Shown: positions 50,581-59,493 of the stretch, piece by piece
How positions within the stretch are numbered: the first letter of the stretch is position 1
How the letters are laid out: the number at the start of each line of letters is the position of its first letter
IMG/VR virus record: IMGVR_UViG_3300010885_049871
Span: 25,551-89,550 of that record
Strand: one strand, 5' to 3'
DNA from: a virus
DNA length: 64,000 bases
The notes under the pieces: model-generated
What the model saw: the letters and a program-made list of their open reading frames with translations, nothing else
Told to the model about the DNA's origin: nothing
The model's database searches: none
Position numbers and translations under genes: made by a program

Positions 50581-51666
50581 TTAGGCACTGGCCTGCAAGA
50601 TGTACTTGCCAAAACGCTGGTGGAACTCGTCAAAGTTCTTCAGCTTGGTGGGTTGGAACGGCAGGTTGTATGTGGTCAGGGCAATACGGGCACCCATCAC
50701 AGTCAACTCTGTTTCAAAGTTCTTCATCATGTAGCCTAGGAAGTTGTCGGACATGGCATGGAACTCTTTGTCCGGAATCTTGCGAGCCACTGCATCCTTG
50801 AGCTCGTAGCACATTGAAATTACCAGACTGTACATGGCACTGACTTCTTTGACATCCAGTGTAGTAACCTTGCCGCTCAAGATATCTTCTGGCTTGGGCA
50901 GTCTAGCACTGATCTTGCGGTGCGCCATAAATTTCACAGCAAGACCTTCGCCCACAGTGCCTGCAATCAGGTTGGTCAATGTGTCGGCATCGCCGTCATC
51001 TTCGTCCAACAGCTCGCTTACAAAGGTCCAGGTACGTGGAGTAGCAAAAGCTCGTGAGCTGGACTTGGAGTCAAAGTCATACAGGTCCTGTTTGGCAAAA
51101 CTCAAGTAGCCCACCACATCCTTGTGGATGTTGTTTTGCACCGCCCAGGTCTGGTACGATGCAAAATCCACTTTCATTTCCTGGTGAATGAAACGATTTG
51201 CCAGCGGAGTAGGCATACGATAAGTGACACCTTTGTCGCTTTCCCTGTTGCCTGCAGCCACCAAGACTACATTTTTAGGCAGACGATACTTGCCAATGCG
51301 TCGATTCAGAATAAGTTGATAAGCTGCGGCTTGAACACTAGGTGCGGCCGAATTCAGCTCGTCCAGGAACAGCACCACAATGGGATAGTCCCGGGCCATT
51401 TCTTCGTCAGGCAGTTCAATTGGTGGAGCCCAATCCATCTTGCCCAGTTCTTTGTTGTAGAATGGAATGCCACGAATGTCGGTGGGTTCCATTTGGCCCA
51501 GACGCAGATCGATCATTAGTCCACCAAGTTCTTCGGTAATGCCTTCTACCAATTCGCTTTTGCCAATGCCCGGAGGACCCCACAAGAACAAGGGACGTTT
51601 GGCCCGGAATGCTCGTAGCAAACTTTTACGAGCTTGGGTCGAAGTAACAGTGCGTGAATCTGACAT
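50581..51666 (-). CDS. MoxR/dynein-related AAA+ ATPase
   Basis: GPPGIGKS Walker A; LFLDE Walker B; AAGN; LANRF. Confidence 0.9.
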   Translation of the reverse strand: MSDSRTVTSTQARKSLLRAFRAKRPLFLWGPPGIGKSELVEGITEELGGLMIDLRLGQMEPTDIRGIPFYNKELGKMDWAPPIELPDEEMARDYPIVVLFLDELNSAAPSVQAAAYQLILNRRIGKYRLPKNVVLVAAGNRESDKGVTYRMPTPLANRFIHQEMKVDFASYQTWAVQNNIHKDVVGYLSFAKQDLYDFDSKSSSRAFATPRTWTFVSELLDEDDGDADTLTNLIAGTVGEGLAVKFMAHRKISARLPKPEDILSGKVTTLDVKEVSAMYSLVISMCYELKDAVARKIPDKEFHAMSDNFLGYMMKNFETELTVMGARIALTTYNLPFQPTKLKNFDEFHQRFGKYILQASA

Positions 51667-51695
51667 AGAAATCCTTTTAAGTGGTTAATGCGTTT

Positions 51696-51724
51696 ATTAT
51701 AACAAGAAATGCGTTTGCTGTCAA
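51696..51724 (-). promoter_or_regulatory. Sigma70-type promoter
   Basis: TTGACA-17 nt-TATAAT. Confidence 0.8.
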
Positions 51725-52035
51725 TTGGTGTGAACTTTTTGCAACATCAAAAACAAGTGCTTTTTTTTGCGCGGCAACCATTTTATTGCAGCAGCGCCAC
51801 ATGTTTTGTTCCAAGGACTCCTCATTGTTGTGGCACTTTGGAAGTATCCTTCTTTTGCCAACCCAATCACTGGATCGTAATCAGGTGGTATCCAACTTTC
51901 CGGAAGAGTGCAACTGAACTGTCTGGACGCTTTGATCAGCCGTGCCAACCAATCTGCTCGGGAATGTTTGCAGTCCTTGCACAACAATTCCTTGTTGTAT
52001 TGTTCTTGTCCGAATCCGGGAAAGTTGGATGCCAT
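51721..52035 (-). CDS. Hypothetical Cys-containing protein
   Basis: CKDCKH...C...CG; SD AAGGAG. Confidence 0.6.
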   Translation of the reverse strand: MASNFPGFGQEQYNKELLCKDCKHSRADWLARLIKASRQFSCTLPESWIPPDYDPVIGLAKEGYFQSATTMRSPWNKTCGAAAIKWLPRKKKHLFLMLQKVHTN

Positions 52036-52064
52036 TTGTACTCCTTTTGTTGCGGTATGTGTAT

Positions 52065-52093
52065 ATTATAGCAAAAGAGCAAATATCAGTCAA
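52065..52093 (-). promoter_or_regulatory. Sigma70-type early promoter
   Basis: TTGACT-17 nt-TATAAT; downstream leader resembles that of the 46618 promoter. Confidence 0.75.
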
Positions 52094-52118
52094 CCACTCA
52101 AAAAGTAGTACTAGTGTG

Positions 52119-52730
52119 TTACATGCTAGTTGATATTGCTTTGAACCGTTTGATTGATTCTGATTTATCCCAGAATCCAATTTGCAATGATTTTCGTGGA
52201 CCTGTTGTAAACCCTTCAACCGAGTGTAGAGCCTGGGCGCATAGCAAGTGCCAACGGCCGCGTTTCAACCGTGCTCGGCCAACTTCTTTAAGATTGTCAT
52301 ATGAAGTAGGAGCTGCCCATTTCATATCATATGAATCAGGGCCCGAAGGGTGGGTGTCTCTGATCACTGGGTGATTGCCTTCTTGCCAGTACACAGTGTC
52401 GACTTCTGGCCCGCCCTCGTCCAGCAACCACATCAATGTCCAATTGCGACTTTTATCAGTGTGCGGCAGTGCAACGCCGCCTGGTTCTCCATGGAAGCTA
52501 ACACCAAGATCTGTATAATCCGAACTAATATTTTCTTTAACCCAGTCACAGATTTTTTCACTGACAGGATGCCGCCAATAAGTTGTGTTTGGAATAGACA
52601 CGCCATCTTTAGTAGCAGAACGATCAAACGCTCTGCCCAGTAATTCGTCACGATTGTACGCATCTGCGGCGTCCAGCAATCCGTCGGGTATTGCAGGCAA
52701 GGCAGGATAATAAATTAGTGTTTCAATCAT
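52119..52730 (-). CDS. 2OG-Fe(II) oxygenase-like protein
   Basis: PHTD..R ... LHSV ... R.S. Confidence 0.6.
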   Translation of the reverse strand: MIETLIYYPALPAIPDGLLDAADAYNRDELLGRAFDRSATKDGVSIPNTTYWRHPVSEKICDWVKENISSDYTDLGVSFHGEPGGVALPHTDKSRNWTLMWLLDEGGPEVDTVYWQEGNHPVIRDTHPSGPDSYDMKWAAPTSYDNLKEVGRARLKRGRWHLLCAQALHSVEGFTTGPRKSLQIGFWDKSESIKRFKAISTSM

Positions 52731-52787
52731 AGAAGTTTTCCTTATAAAAATAGGCCGCAACGAACCTATTTATTTTGTGATACAGAA

Positions 52788-53609
52788 TTATTGTCCCAGA
52801 CCCAGATGCACTGTTGATGGTCTTTTGACTAAGAATTCTTTGAAAGCAGCTGATTTTAAAATTTCAGTCAACACAGACACAGTATCTTTGGACACTGTGC
52901 TCATGCCCCACAAATCTATAGTCACATAGTGATTGTTGTACTTGCCCGGGGCAAACTGTCCCAGGAATGGCAAACCATAATGATTCTTTGCTGTGGATGC
53001 TGCAATACATTTACCGCCAGCACTGACAACAGCTTCGGCACCATTGGCAATGAAGATCATATCAACATCAGTTCCTGCAATCACAGCAGCCCTTGCAGCA
53101 GCATTGGCTTCGTATGGAATAGTACGAATATTCAGTTTTGGGGAACTATTAGCCACAAGATTGGTCCACGGCGGCAGTGTAACAGGTCCAGACGTTATGG
53201 CCACTTTATAAGTTTGTGTGCCAGTAAGATCTGCCAGGGTGATATTTGTTTTTGCAGGTGAAGTACACAGATAGTGTGTTGTGCTGGCCAGATTAGTGAC
53301 AAATTTAAATGCAGGATAATCTTTCTGTGCCGGGCAAAGACCTGCTGCATCTTGCATATCTCCACCACTCATGACAACAAATGCATTTTCTTGAGTTTTT
53401 GCTCGAATCAATGCATCGTGGCACGATTTAAAAAATTCTTGTTTGACTGTGTGGCCTTTGTTTCGTAGCCCTTCAATTACCGGCATCGACCAGACTTCGG
53501 TACCACCGCCAGGTGGATAATAGTAGTTGAAGTGATAGGTGTCGGCCATTGCGGCAGCGGATGCAACAGCAAATGTAATTGCCGTAAAAAACTTAGAAAA
53601 TTTACTCAT
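52788..53609 (-). CDS. TctC/Bug-like periplasmic substrate-binding protein
   Basis: Signal peptide; YPPGGGT; IPY......A..AG.DVD; adjacent to a TctA-like gene. Confidence 0.65.
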   Translation of the reverse strand: MSKFSKFFTAITFAVASAAAMADTYHFNYYYPPGGGTEVWSMPVIEGLRNKGHTVKQEFFKSCHDALIRAKTQENAFVVMSGGDMQDAAGLCPAQKDYPAFKFVTNLASTTHYLCTSPAKTNITLADLTGTQTYKVAITSGPVTLPPWTNLVANSSPKLNIRTIPYEANAAARAAVIAGTDVDMIFIANGAEAVVSAGGKCIAASTAKNHYGLPFLGQFAPGKYNNHYVTIDLWGMSTVSKDTVSVLTEILKSAAFKEFLVKRPSTVHLGLGQ

Positions 53610-53618
53610 AATTTCTCC

Positions 53619-54944
53619 TTAAAAGTTGAGTAATAAAAATCGGAAAATTTCCGATGATACTGACATTGACAAAAGCATGCCAAATATCAGTGCAACGCGA
53701 ACAGAAAACTCTTTTACAAAAAAACCAACCAACACGGAGACCGCAGTCAACGACAGGTACAGGCCAAGTTGTTGGTTGGTTATTCCTTCTGAAACACACA
53801 CCGCTATGCTCAGTGCAATCAGGACGGGATAGATTATCTTGCTCAAGCGAATGTAGAGAGAAATCATATGTTGATAAAACATTCCGGCAACGAACCAATT
53901 GACTACATTGACCAGTACCAGTATCAAAATCAATGGGCCAGCCAGTGCTGCTATCAAATTGAAACTGTTGTTGATTCCAAATCCGCTGCGTTCAGCCAGC
54001 GCCATGATCACTGCTTCGGATGGAATAATGGGCAATGCTAGAAATATCAATGGTATCAACACAGTGATGGCAGCTGAATTGTTGGCAGCTTCTGCAGAAA
54101 TTACTATTTGTTGATTGTTGTTGTTGATCTTTTTTTCAATCACTGCTGCGACCATTGATGATACCGATGTTCCTATCATGGGTACCAAGCCCATCACTGC
54201 ACCTATCACGGATCCACGCAGGGATGACAACACCGGCGGGAATTTTAACAATGTTGCCAAACGGGTCCGCATACCAAACTCATTTGAATTGATGTTGACA
54301 TTCAACAATCTGTGCCTTGCGTGATGCACAATCTCTGGCAACATTAGAAATCCAATGAACACAGGCACAAACGGAATGCCACCTGGCAGAAAATCTGCAG
54401 CAGATAAAAAGTGCTCACGCCTCAAACTGTCGTACCCAATGTGTCCAATCACTAACCCTGCAATTGCAAATGCCAGCGCCAGGATCTTTTGTTTGCTGGC
54501 CGCACTGATCAACAAAATAAGCACAGTTAACAATACCAATCTTGGAGTGTTGTTGATAAAGTACTTCATAAAATCAATATACTGTGTGGCTGCATAGAAA
54601 ATCACAACACCCACAACGGATGCTATCAGACTGGATGTGGCAGTGCCGCTTAGTAATTCTGCGCCACGACCTTGCCTAAATTCGTCATGGCCATACTGCA
54701 CTGCCGGCACACTGGTGATTTCTCCGGCTATGCCATACACAATGGATGGTATGCTGCTGTAATACTGTACTGAAGACATCATCACTGAATAAAATACAAA
54801 CAAATCCACCACTGGTAATCCAAGCAAAACAGGATACAAGATCATTATCCCAGATGCAGGTCCTACTCCGGGGAATACACCAATCACAATGCCGCTGACT
54901 ATGCCAAGCAGTATGATTGGTAACAGATACAGTAACTCTGTCAT
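53619..54944 (-). CDS. tctA: Tripartite tricarboxylate transporter permease TctA-like
   Basis: G...G..PG.G repeats; AEAANNSA..IP; many TM helices. Confidence 0.75.
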   Translation of the reverse strand: MTELLYLLPIILLGIVSGIVIGVFPGVGPASGIMILYPVLLGLPVVDLFVFYSVMMSSVQYYSSIPSIVYGIAGEITSVPAVQYGHDEFRQGRGAELLSGTATSSLIASVVGVVIFYAATQYIDFMKYFINNTPRLVLLTVLILLISAASKQKILALAFAIAGLVIGHIGYDSLRREHFLSAADFLPGGIPFVPVFIGFLMLPEIVHHARHRLLNVNINSNEFGMRTRLATLLKFPPVLSSLRGSVIGAVMGLVPMIGTSVSSMVAAVIEKKINNNNQQIVISAEAANNSAAITVLIPLIFLALPIIPSEAVIMALAERSGFGINNSFNLIAALAGPLILILVLVNVVNWFVAGMFYQHMISLYIRLSKIIYPVLIALSIAVCVSEGITNQQLGLYLSLTAVSVLVGFFVKEFSVRVALIFGMLLSMSVSSEIFRFLLLNF

Positions 54945-56077
54945 TTGATTTTGTACTCCTGTGAACTGACCGCATAGTATGATTGCACTGATTGCTGGTC
55001 TGAAGACAACAGTCCCATCCGCACCATGTATGATATCAGTGTTTGGTCTGTTTGTAAAATATGCCAGCCGTTGATGTATTTTTTTACAGCAGAAGATTGA
55101 CGCTGCAATCCTGACAGCAATGGCAAGCTGGTAGAATTTTTTGATAGTTGGTACAACACTGAAGCTGAAATTTCTTTTGAAAAATCAATTGATTTCACTA
55201 TACTGTCATGCCCGGCATTGATTTGTTTTTCCATTTGACTAATTCCCGGTATTACCTCCGGATCGCGACCTTGTACTGCACACTTTAAATAGTAATTTTC
55301 TGGTTTTTCTAATTCTGTCAGCGATGTATTGGTCCTTAGACAATAGTTCAACATCATATGACACTGTTTGGCATGCAGTTCTGGCATGTCAGGAGATATA
55401 AAAAAGAACTCTAGGTCGCTGCGATTTAGTGCGCCAGCAAATAAGCGGTCGGAAAATCCAAAGTAATAGCCGTCTTTGCGCTGAACCAACTGGGGCTTTT
55501 CAAAGCCCACAATTGTGCAGTAGTTATAATTGTTGTAGGATTGATCAAAATTGTCTTGATGCAGCACAGGCCGGCAGTATTTGACCAATTGATGTCTGAG
55601 ATTTTTATCATCGTTTACCATGTAATCTTCTGACGAAAGTTGTTTTTCGTATCCAAGAATATCGTCGTGAGTATGTACTGATTTAATATTGATTTTTGTA
55701 GTCTTGTCTGGATGATTTTCCAACAACCAGGTCACTGCTTTTTCTGGTATTAAATTGTCAACGCCGGATCGTGCGTAACAAATGTAAATCTCATCTAGGT
55801 GTATGTTGTTGCGTAGAAAGGTGTTGTATATGGTGATTGAGTCAGTGCCACCACTGAATGCCAGTGTAAGTTTATCATATCTGTTTCTCAATTGATGTGC
55901 TCGTCTGTCACACAGTGTTTGAAAACTTTCCGCTGGTTCTATGGTCCAGTCAACCGTGGCAAACTCACGGTCGTAGAACTCAAATTTTGGAAATGTATGA
56001 GGATCGTGTATGGACCCGTGCAGGAATGCCGTGAACGGATTGTCAAATTTTATTCCATTGATATTGTAATAAACCAT
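54941..56077 (-). CDS. PP-loop (adenine nucleotide alpha hydrolase-like) protein
   Basis: LAFSGGTDS motif. Confidence 0.6.
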   Translation of the reverse strand: MVYYNINGIKFDNPFTAFLHGSIHDPHTFPKFEFYDREFATVDWTIEPAESFQTLCDRRAHQLRNRYDKLTLAFSGGTDSITIYNTFLRNNIHLDEIYICYARSGVDNLIPEKAVTWLLENHPDKTTKINIKSVHTHDDILGYEKQLSSEDYMVNDDKNLRHQLVKYCRPVLHQDNFDQSYNNYNYCTIVGFEKPQLVQRKDGYYFGFSDRLFAGALNRSDLEFFFISPDMPELHAKQCHMMLNYCLRTNTSLTELEKPENYYLKCAVQGRDPEVIPGISQMEKQINAGHDSIVKSIDFSKEISASVLYQLSKNSTSLPLLSGLQRQSSAVKKYINGWHILQTDQTLISYMVRMGLLSSDQQSVQSYYAVSSQEYKIK

Positions 56078-56145
56078 TGGCAGTTTTACTGTATTCGGGG
56101 CGATTGCTTGTAGAAGAACTCTACTTACGGTAGGCGTTCTGTTAT

Positions 56146-56175
56146 ATTATAACAGTAAAGACATTGCTATGTCAA
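56146..56175 (-). promoter_or_regulatory. Sigma70-type promoter
   Basis: TTGACA-18 nt-TATAAT upstream of the PP-loop/tctA/tctC cassette. Confidence 0.65.
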
Positions 56176-56251
56176 GCGTCAATTGGTGATCCGACGTCAA
56201 CAGATTGTTGGCGTTGCTAATGTTATTTATATCAACCGCATACGAATGGCC

Positions 56252-56278
56252 AAAAAAAAGGCTACCGAAGTAGCCTTT
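56252..56278 (-). terminator. Intrinsic terminator with cUUCGg loop
   Basis: AAAGGCTAC-TTCG-GTAGCCTTTTTTTT. Confidence 0.85.
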
Positions 56279-56296
56279 GTGTCCAATCGTGTTGGA

Positions 56297-57136
56297 TTAG
56301 AACGAGTGTGATACACGAACACGATATGTGTCGGTATTGTTGGCAGCAGTTGTGTTGCTGCTGACTTGTGCCACGGCCAATTGAACTGAAGTTCTCTTGC
56401 TCAATGCATACTCAGCGCCAACCTCTTTGGCAGTGCCATTACCATCAGAATATGCAGCGCCCACAGTCACAGCACCTACAGTGTAGGAAGCACCTACCAC
56501 ATAGGAGTCGGCAACATTGCGTTCATTGCGACTGACACCTGCACCAACTGTGATGCCTTTTACAACAACTTTGGCACTGGCGCGAACCCGCTCAGTTGTT
56601 TGGTTGTAATCAACAGCACTGCTGACTGGGCCAACTGTGTAAGTTGCACCAAACACATTTTTGTTTGTGCCGGTGTTGTTGATGGCTCTAGTGTTGCTGA
56701 CTTTGAATGCCAGTCCCGACACTGTGGGTGTTGTGTAGCTGACAGATTGCACATTGGACTTGGCGCCCAACACAACTCCGTCTTGACCTATAACCGGTGC
56801 ATCACCTAGCCCAAGACCAATGATGCCATTGGCAGATTCAATTTGACCAACTTTGACTGAACCAACCGGAGTTGCAACATCAACATACATGTCGTTACCT
56901 TCGGCAGCAGTGCCGTTTCCGCCTGGCTGAATTTCTGCATAGGCCTTGACAGTTATGCCATTGCCAATGGATTCTGTAGCAGTAAAGTTGATATTGCTGG
57001 TGTCCATTGGAGACATTGTGGTTACGGTGTTGTCTGACCGCTTGATGTCGTATGCAAGTTTTCCGCCAATTTTAAACTGGGCGTGAGCTGTACCTAATGC
57101 AGCCAAAATTGCTACTGCGACTAATGCTTTTTTCAT
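56297..57136 (-). CDS. Gram-negative outer-membrane porin (betaproteobacterial type)
   Basis: MKKAL..A signal peptide; SYTTP..SG; GA.Y.LSKRT; C-terminal H.F. Confidence 0.85.
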   Translation of the reverse strand: MKKALVAVAILAALGTAHAQFKIGGKLAYDIKRSDNTVTTMSPMDTSNINFTATESIGNGITVKAYAEIQPGGNGTAAEGNDMYVDVATPVGSVKVGQIESANGIIGLGLGDAPVIGQDGVVLGAKSNVQSVSYTTPTVSGLAFKVSNTRAINNTGTNKNVFGATYTVGPVSSAVDYNQTTERVRASAKVVVKGITVGAGVSRNERNVADSYVVGASYTVGAVTVGAAYSDGNGTAKEVGAEYALSKRTSVQLAVAQVSSNTTAANNTDTYRVRVSHSF

Positions 57137-57341
57137 TGTGTATTTCCTTTGTAAGTGTGAAGGGGCAGAATTGCCACTGGAGTATTTATTTGCGGTTGCA
57201 ACAATAACTTAAAAAACAGGCAGTTTATATTAGTTTTCTGGAATATTACCGATCTTTGTCAACACAATCATGGGCTGCCGCGTTAAATATACATGTACAG
57301 AATAGTTTTGTACATAAGTTTCTAACCTTAAGGAAAATACC

Positions 57342-57623
57342 ATGAAACAACTTATTGCTATTATCGCTACACTCGCTACCGCCACTGCATTTGCCCAGGC
57401 TCCTGCTGCTGCACCTGCTGCTGCAAAACCGGCTGCTCCTGCTGCTGCGCCTGCTGCTCCGGCCGCCGCTGCTCCTGCTGCCAAGAAAGAAGAAGCCAAA
57501 CCTGCTGCTAAGAAAGAAGAAGCCAAGAAGCCAGCTGCTAAGAAAGAAGAAGCCAAGCCTGCCAAAAGTGCACCGGCTGTCGACGCAAAAGCAGCAACTC
57601 CAGCTGCACCAGCAAGCAAGTAA
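57342..57623 (+). CDS. Secreted Ala/Lys/Pro-rich low-complexity protein
   Basis: Signal peptide ending AFA; PAAKKEEAK-type unit x3; SD AAGGA. Confidence 0.75.
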   Translation: MKQLIAIIATLATATAFAQAPAAAPAAAKPAAPAAAPAAPAAAAPAAKKEEAKPAAKKEEAKKPAAKKEEAKPAKSAPAVDAKAATPAAPASK

Positions 57624-57806
57624 TCTAGAAGTAGACAACGACGATGACATCTGGTGCGGAGTCGATGATCTAACTTTTCACCGTGGTCGTGATCGTCCTG
57701 TTTTAACAGATGATGCGGAACTGAGTCCTTATGTTTGCAATAGACTAGCACTGGCAAGACATCTTGCACTGGCTCGATATCGTGAAACACACATGACTTA
57801 GATTCA

Positions 57807-57834
57807 CAATAGGCAGGCAACTGCCTATTGTTTT
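57807..57834 (+). terminator. Intrinsic terminator with GCAA loop
   Basis: CAATAGGCAG-GCAA-CTGCCTATTG-TTTT. Confidence 0.75.
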
Positions 57835-57864
57835 GACCGCACTCCAATACTGTACAAATAAGTC

Positions 57865-57892
57865 AAAAAAATAGGACCCGAAGGTCCTATTT
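57865..57892 (-). terminator. Intrinsic terminator (cUUCGg) ending the tmRNA transcript
   Basis: AAATAGGACC-TTCG-GGTCCTATTTTTT. Confidence 0.85.
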
Positions 57893-58218
57893 ACTATTTT
57901 CTGTTTCTAAGCATAGTTGCTCAAAGCAGTGTTTAGACTGCTAAGGAGTGGCGTTGTGCTGTACGAGCAGAGAACTTGACGTTCTTACCTGAAACAGTTA
58001 CTTCACCTGTATTTGCGTTTGCATTTACGGTTTTTGTGTCTACGGCCGAAATACTCCGACCCTACGGCTTCTACATTGCCGGACTGTCCATTTCCGTACT
58101 CTTGACCCAATCGATAGCCTGGTCATCCCCACCTAAATATACCTTATACACTTAGGTGGAGATGGTGGGAGTCGAACCCACGTCTTGAATCCTTTTCTGT
58201 CTACTTCATACAGTCTTA
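57893..58218 (-). ncRNA. ssrA: Circularly permuted (two-piece) tmRNA
   Basis: Acceptor piece ...GTGGGTTCGACTCCCAC-CATCTCC-A-CC (ends 58155) precedes GGGGATG (58130); G3:U70 pair; tag ORF 58022-57933 ANANTGEVTVSGKNVKFSARTAQRHSLAV*; outer ends approximate. Confidence 0.88.
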
Positions 58219-58231
58219 ACTTGTATTTATT

Positions 58232-58894
58232 TTACTTCTGCAGATACTGTTTTATTCTTGCTACAGTAGCATCTTTGTCCACATCAACAGTGCTGTCAAA
58301 CTTGCAGTATACATCAAGCAACTGGCTAAGATTTTCAACCAAATCATACTTGTTCACTGACATGGGCTTGGGCCACGGTGTGTCAAACTGTTGAGTTGGT
58401 AAGTTCACAGCATTGTAAAATGCCTGTGCATTTTGTGTATGCACATGAAACAACAGAGGTATCATGTCACTGTGAGTTTGCTGTTGCCATTGAGATACGG
58501 CACAATCTCTGTTGTGGTTTGCTTCCAATAGACCAAGGAACTGACCTGGGTCAATGGTAAATTTTGTATTTTGATATTTTTCTCGGTATTCTGCCAGGTC
58601 TTGGTCACTGCCCATATGATGTTTGTTTGTGTGTTCAGCAACAAAATGGCTCAGTGCTGAATCAAAATAATTTCTTCTACACCAAAGCCTGGTGAACTCA
58701 GGCGGTGCTGTGACAAACACTTCAAACTGATGTGTGTGTTGAATTGTCAATGACCAATCGGGAATAGCATTACCGGCGCTCCAACTTACATATGAAGACG
58801 TTTCTTCAAGAGATCTTGGTACAGCAGCGTCTAGCCATAGTGCATAAATGGTAGAACCGGTTCTACCATTTATTCCGACAATAAATTTTTGCAT
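58232..58894 (-). CDS. P-loop sulfotransferase-like protein (Stf0-like)
   Basis: GRTGST; RRN.F..ALS...A. Confidence 0.55.
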   Translation of the reverse strand: MQKFIVGINGRTGSTIYALWLDAAVPRSLEETSSYVSWSAGNAIPDWSLTIQHTHQFEVFVTAPPEFTRLWCRRNYFDSALSHFVAEHTNKHHMGSDQDLAEYREKYQNTKFTIDPGQFLGLLEANHNRDCAVSQWQQQTHSDMIPLLFHVHTQNAQAFYNAVNLPTQQFDTPWPKPMSVNKYDLVENLSQLLDVYCKFDSTVDVDKDATVARIKQYLQK

Positions 58895-58931
58895 AGTGAT
58901 GTTGATTTTGCTTCAACACAATATTTATCAC

Positions 58932-59005
58932 TGGTCTCAGTAGCAGGAATCGAACCTACGCTCCTTGGTCCCAAACCAAGAGTGATACCATTTCACCATA
59001 CTGAG
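58932..59005 (-). tRNA. tRNA-Pro(UGG)
   Basis: Cloverleaf; anticodon arm CTTGG-TTTGGGA-CCAAG; CCA encoded. Confidence 0.92.
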
Positions 59006-59014
59006 AAAATCAAC

Positions 59015-59088
59015 TGGTACCTCGTGACAGAATCGAACTGCCGTCTGCGCTGTGTAAAAACGCGGCCCTACCATTAGACGAACGAGGC
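59015..59088 (-). tRNA. tRNA-Val(UAC)
   Basis: GCGTT-TTTACAC-AGCGC; CCA encoded. Confidence 0.9.
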
Positions 59089-59096
59089 AAAAAATA

Positions 59097-59172
59097 TGGA
59101 GCGGCTAACCGGGTTCGAACCGGTGACGTCTTGCTTGGCAAGCAAGTACTCTACCAACTGAGCTACAGCCGC
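59097..59172 (-). tRNA. tRNA-Gly(GCC)
   Basis: CTTGC-TTGCCAA-GCAAG; U73-CCA. Confidence 0.95.
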
Positions 59173-59182
59173 ATATATTAAC

Positions 59183-59258
59183 TGGTACCAAGAGACGGGA
59201 TCGAACCGCCCACACACGAATTTTCAATCCGCTGCTCTACCAACTGAGCTATCTTGGT
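59183..59258 (-). tRNA. tRNA-Phe(GAA)
   Basis: GCGGA-TTGAAAA-TTCGT; CCA. Confidence 0.93.
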
Positions 59259-59259
59259 G

Positions 59260-59334
59260 TGGTGGAAGTAAGTAGATTCGAACTACTGACCCGCAGCGTA
59301 TGAAGCTGCTGCACTACCGCTGTGCTATACTTCC
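59260..59334 (-). tRNA. tRNA-CAU (elongator Met or Ile2)
   Basis: GCAGC-TTCATAC-GCTGC; paired 1-72, so not initiator; CCA. Confidence 0.88.
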
Positions 59335-59344
59335 AGAACTGCTG

Positions 59345-59421
59345 TGGGGTATAGTATGGAATTCGAATCCATGCTGACGGAATCACAATCCGTAGTGCTG
59401 ACCGCTGACACTAACTACACC
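59345..59421 (-). tRNA. tRNA-His(GUG)
   Basis: ACGGA-TTGTGAT-TCCGT; G-1:C73; CCA. Confidence 0.92.
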
Positions 59422-59493
59422 ATAGAAAAACACACTGTACGCAACCTCTTATGCGCTGGGGTGACCAGAATTTAATCCCAATGTGTTTATCTA

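Noticed and set aside
56078-56145. Riboswitch in the 5' leader of the PP-loop/tct cassette
   Set aside because: Only one simple hairpin (AGAAC..CTAC/GTAG.GTTCT); no recognisable aptamer or expression platform.
57355-57623. Embedded Rz/Rz1-type spanin in the +1 frame
   Set aside because: The Leu-richness follows automatically from GCT repeats; there is no lipobox and no lysis genes are nearby.
57230-57847. Minus-strand 205-aa and 134-aa ORFs
   Set aside because: Antisense shadows of the low-complexity AKP-rich gene, which has the SD and signal peptide.
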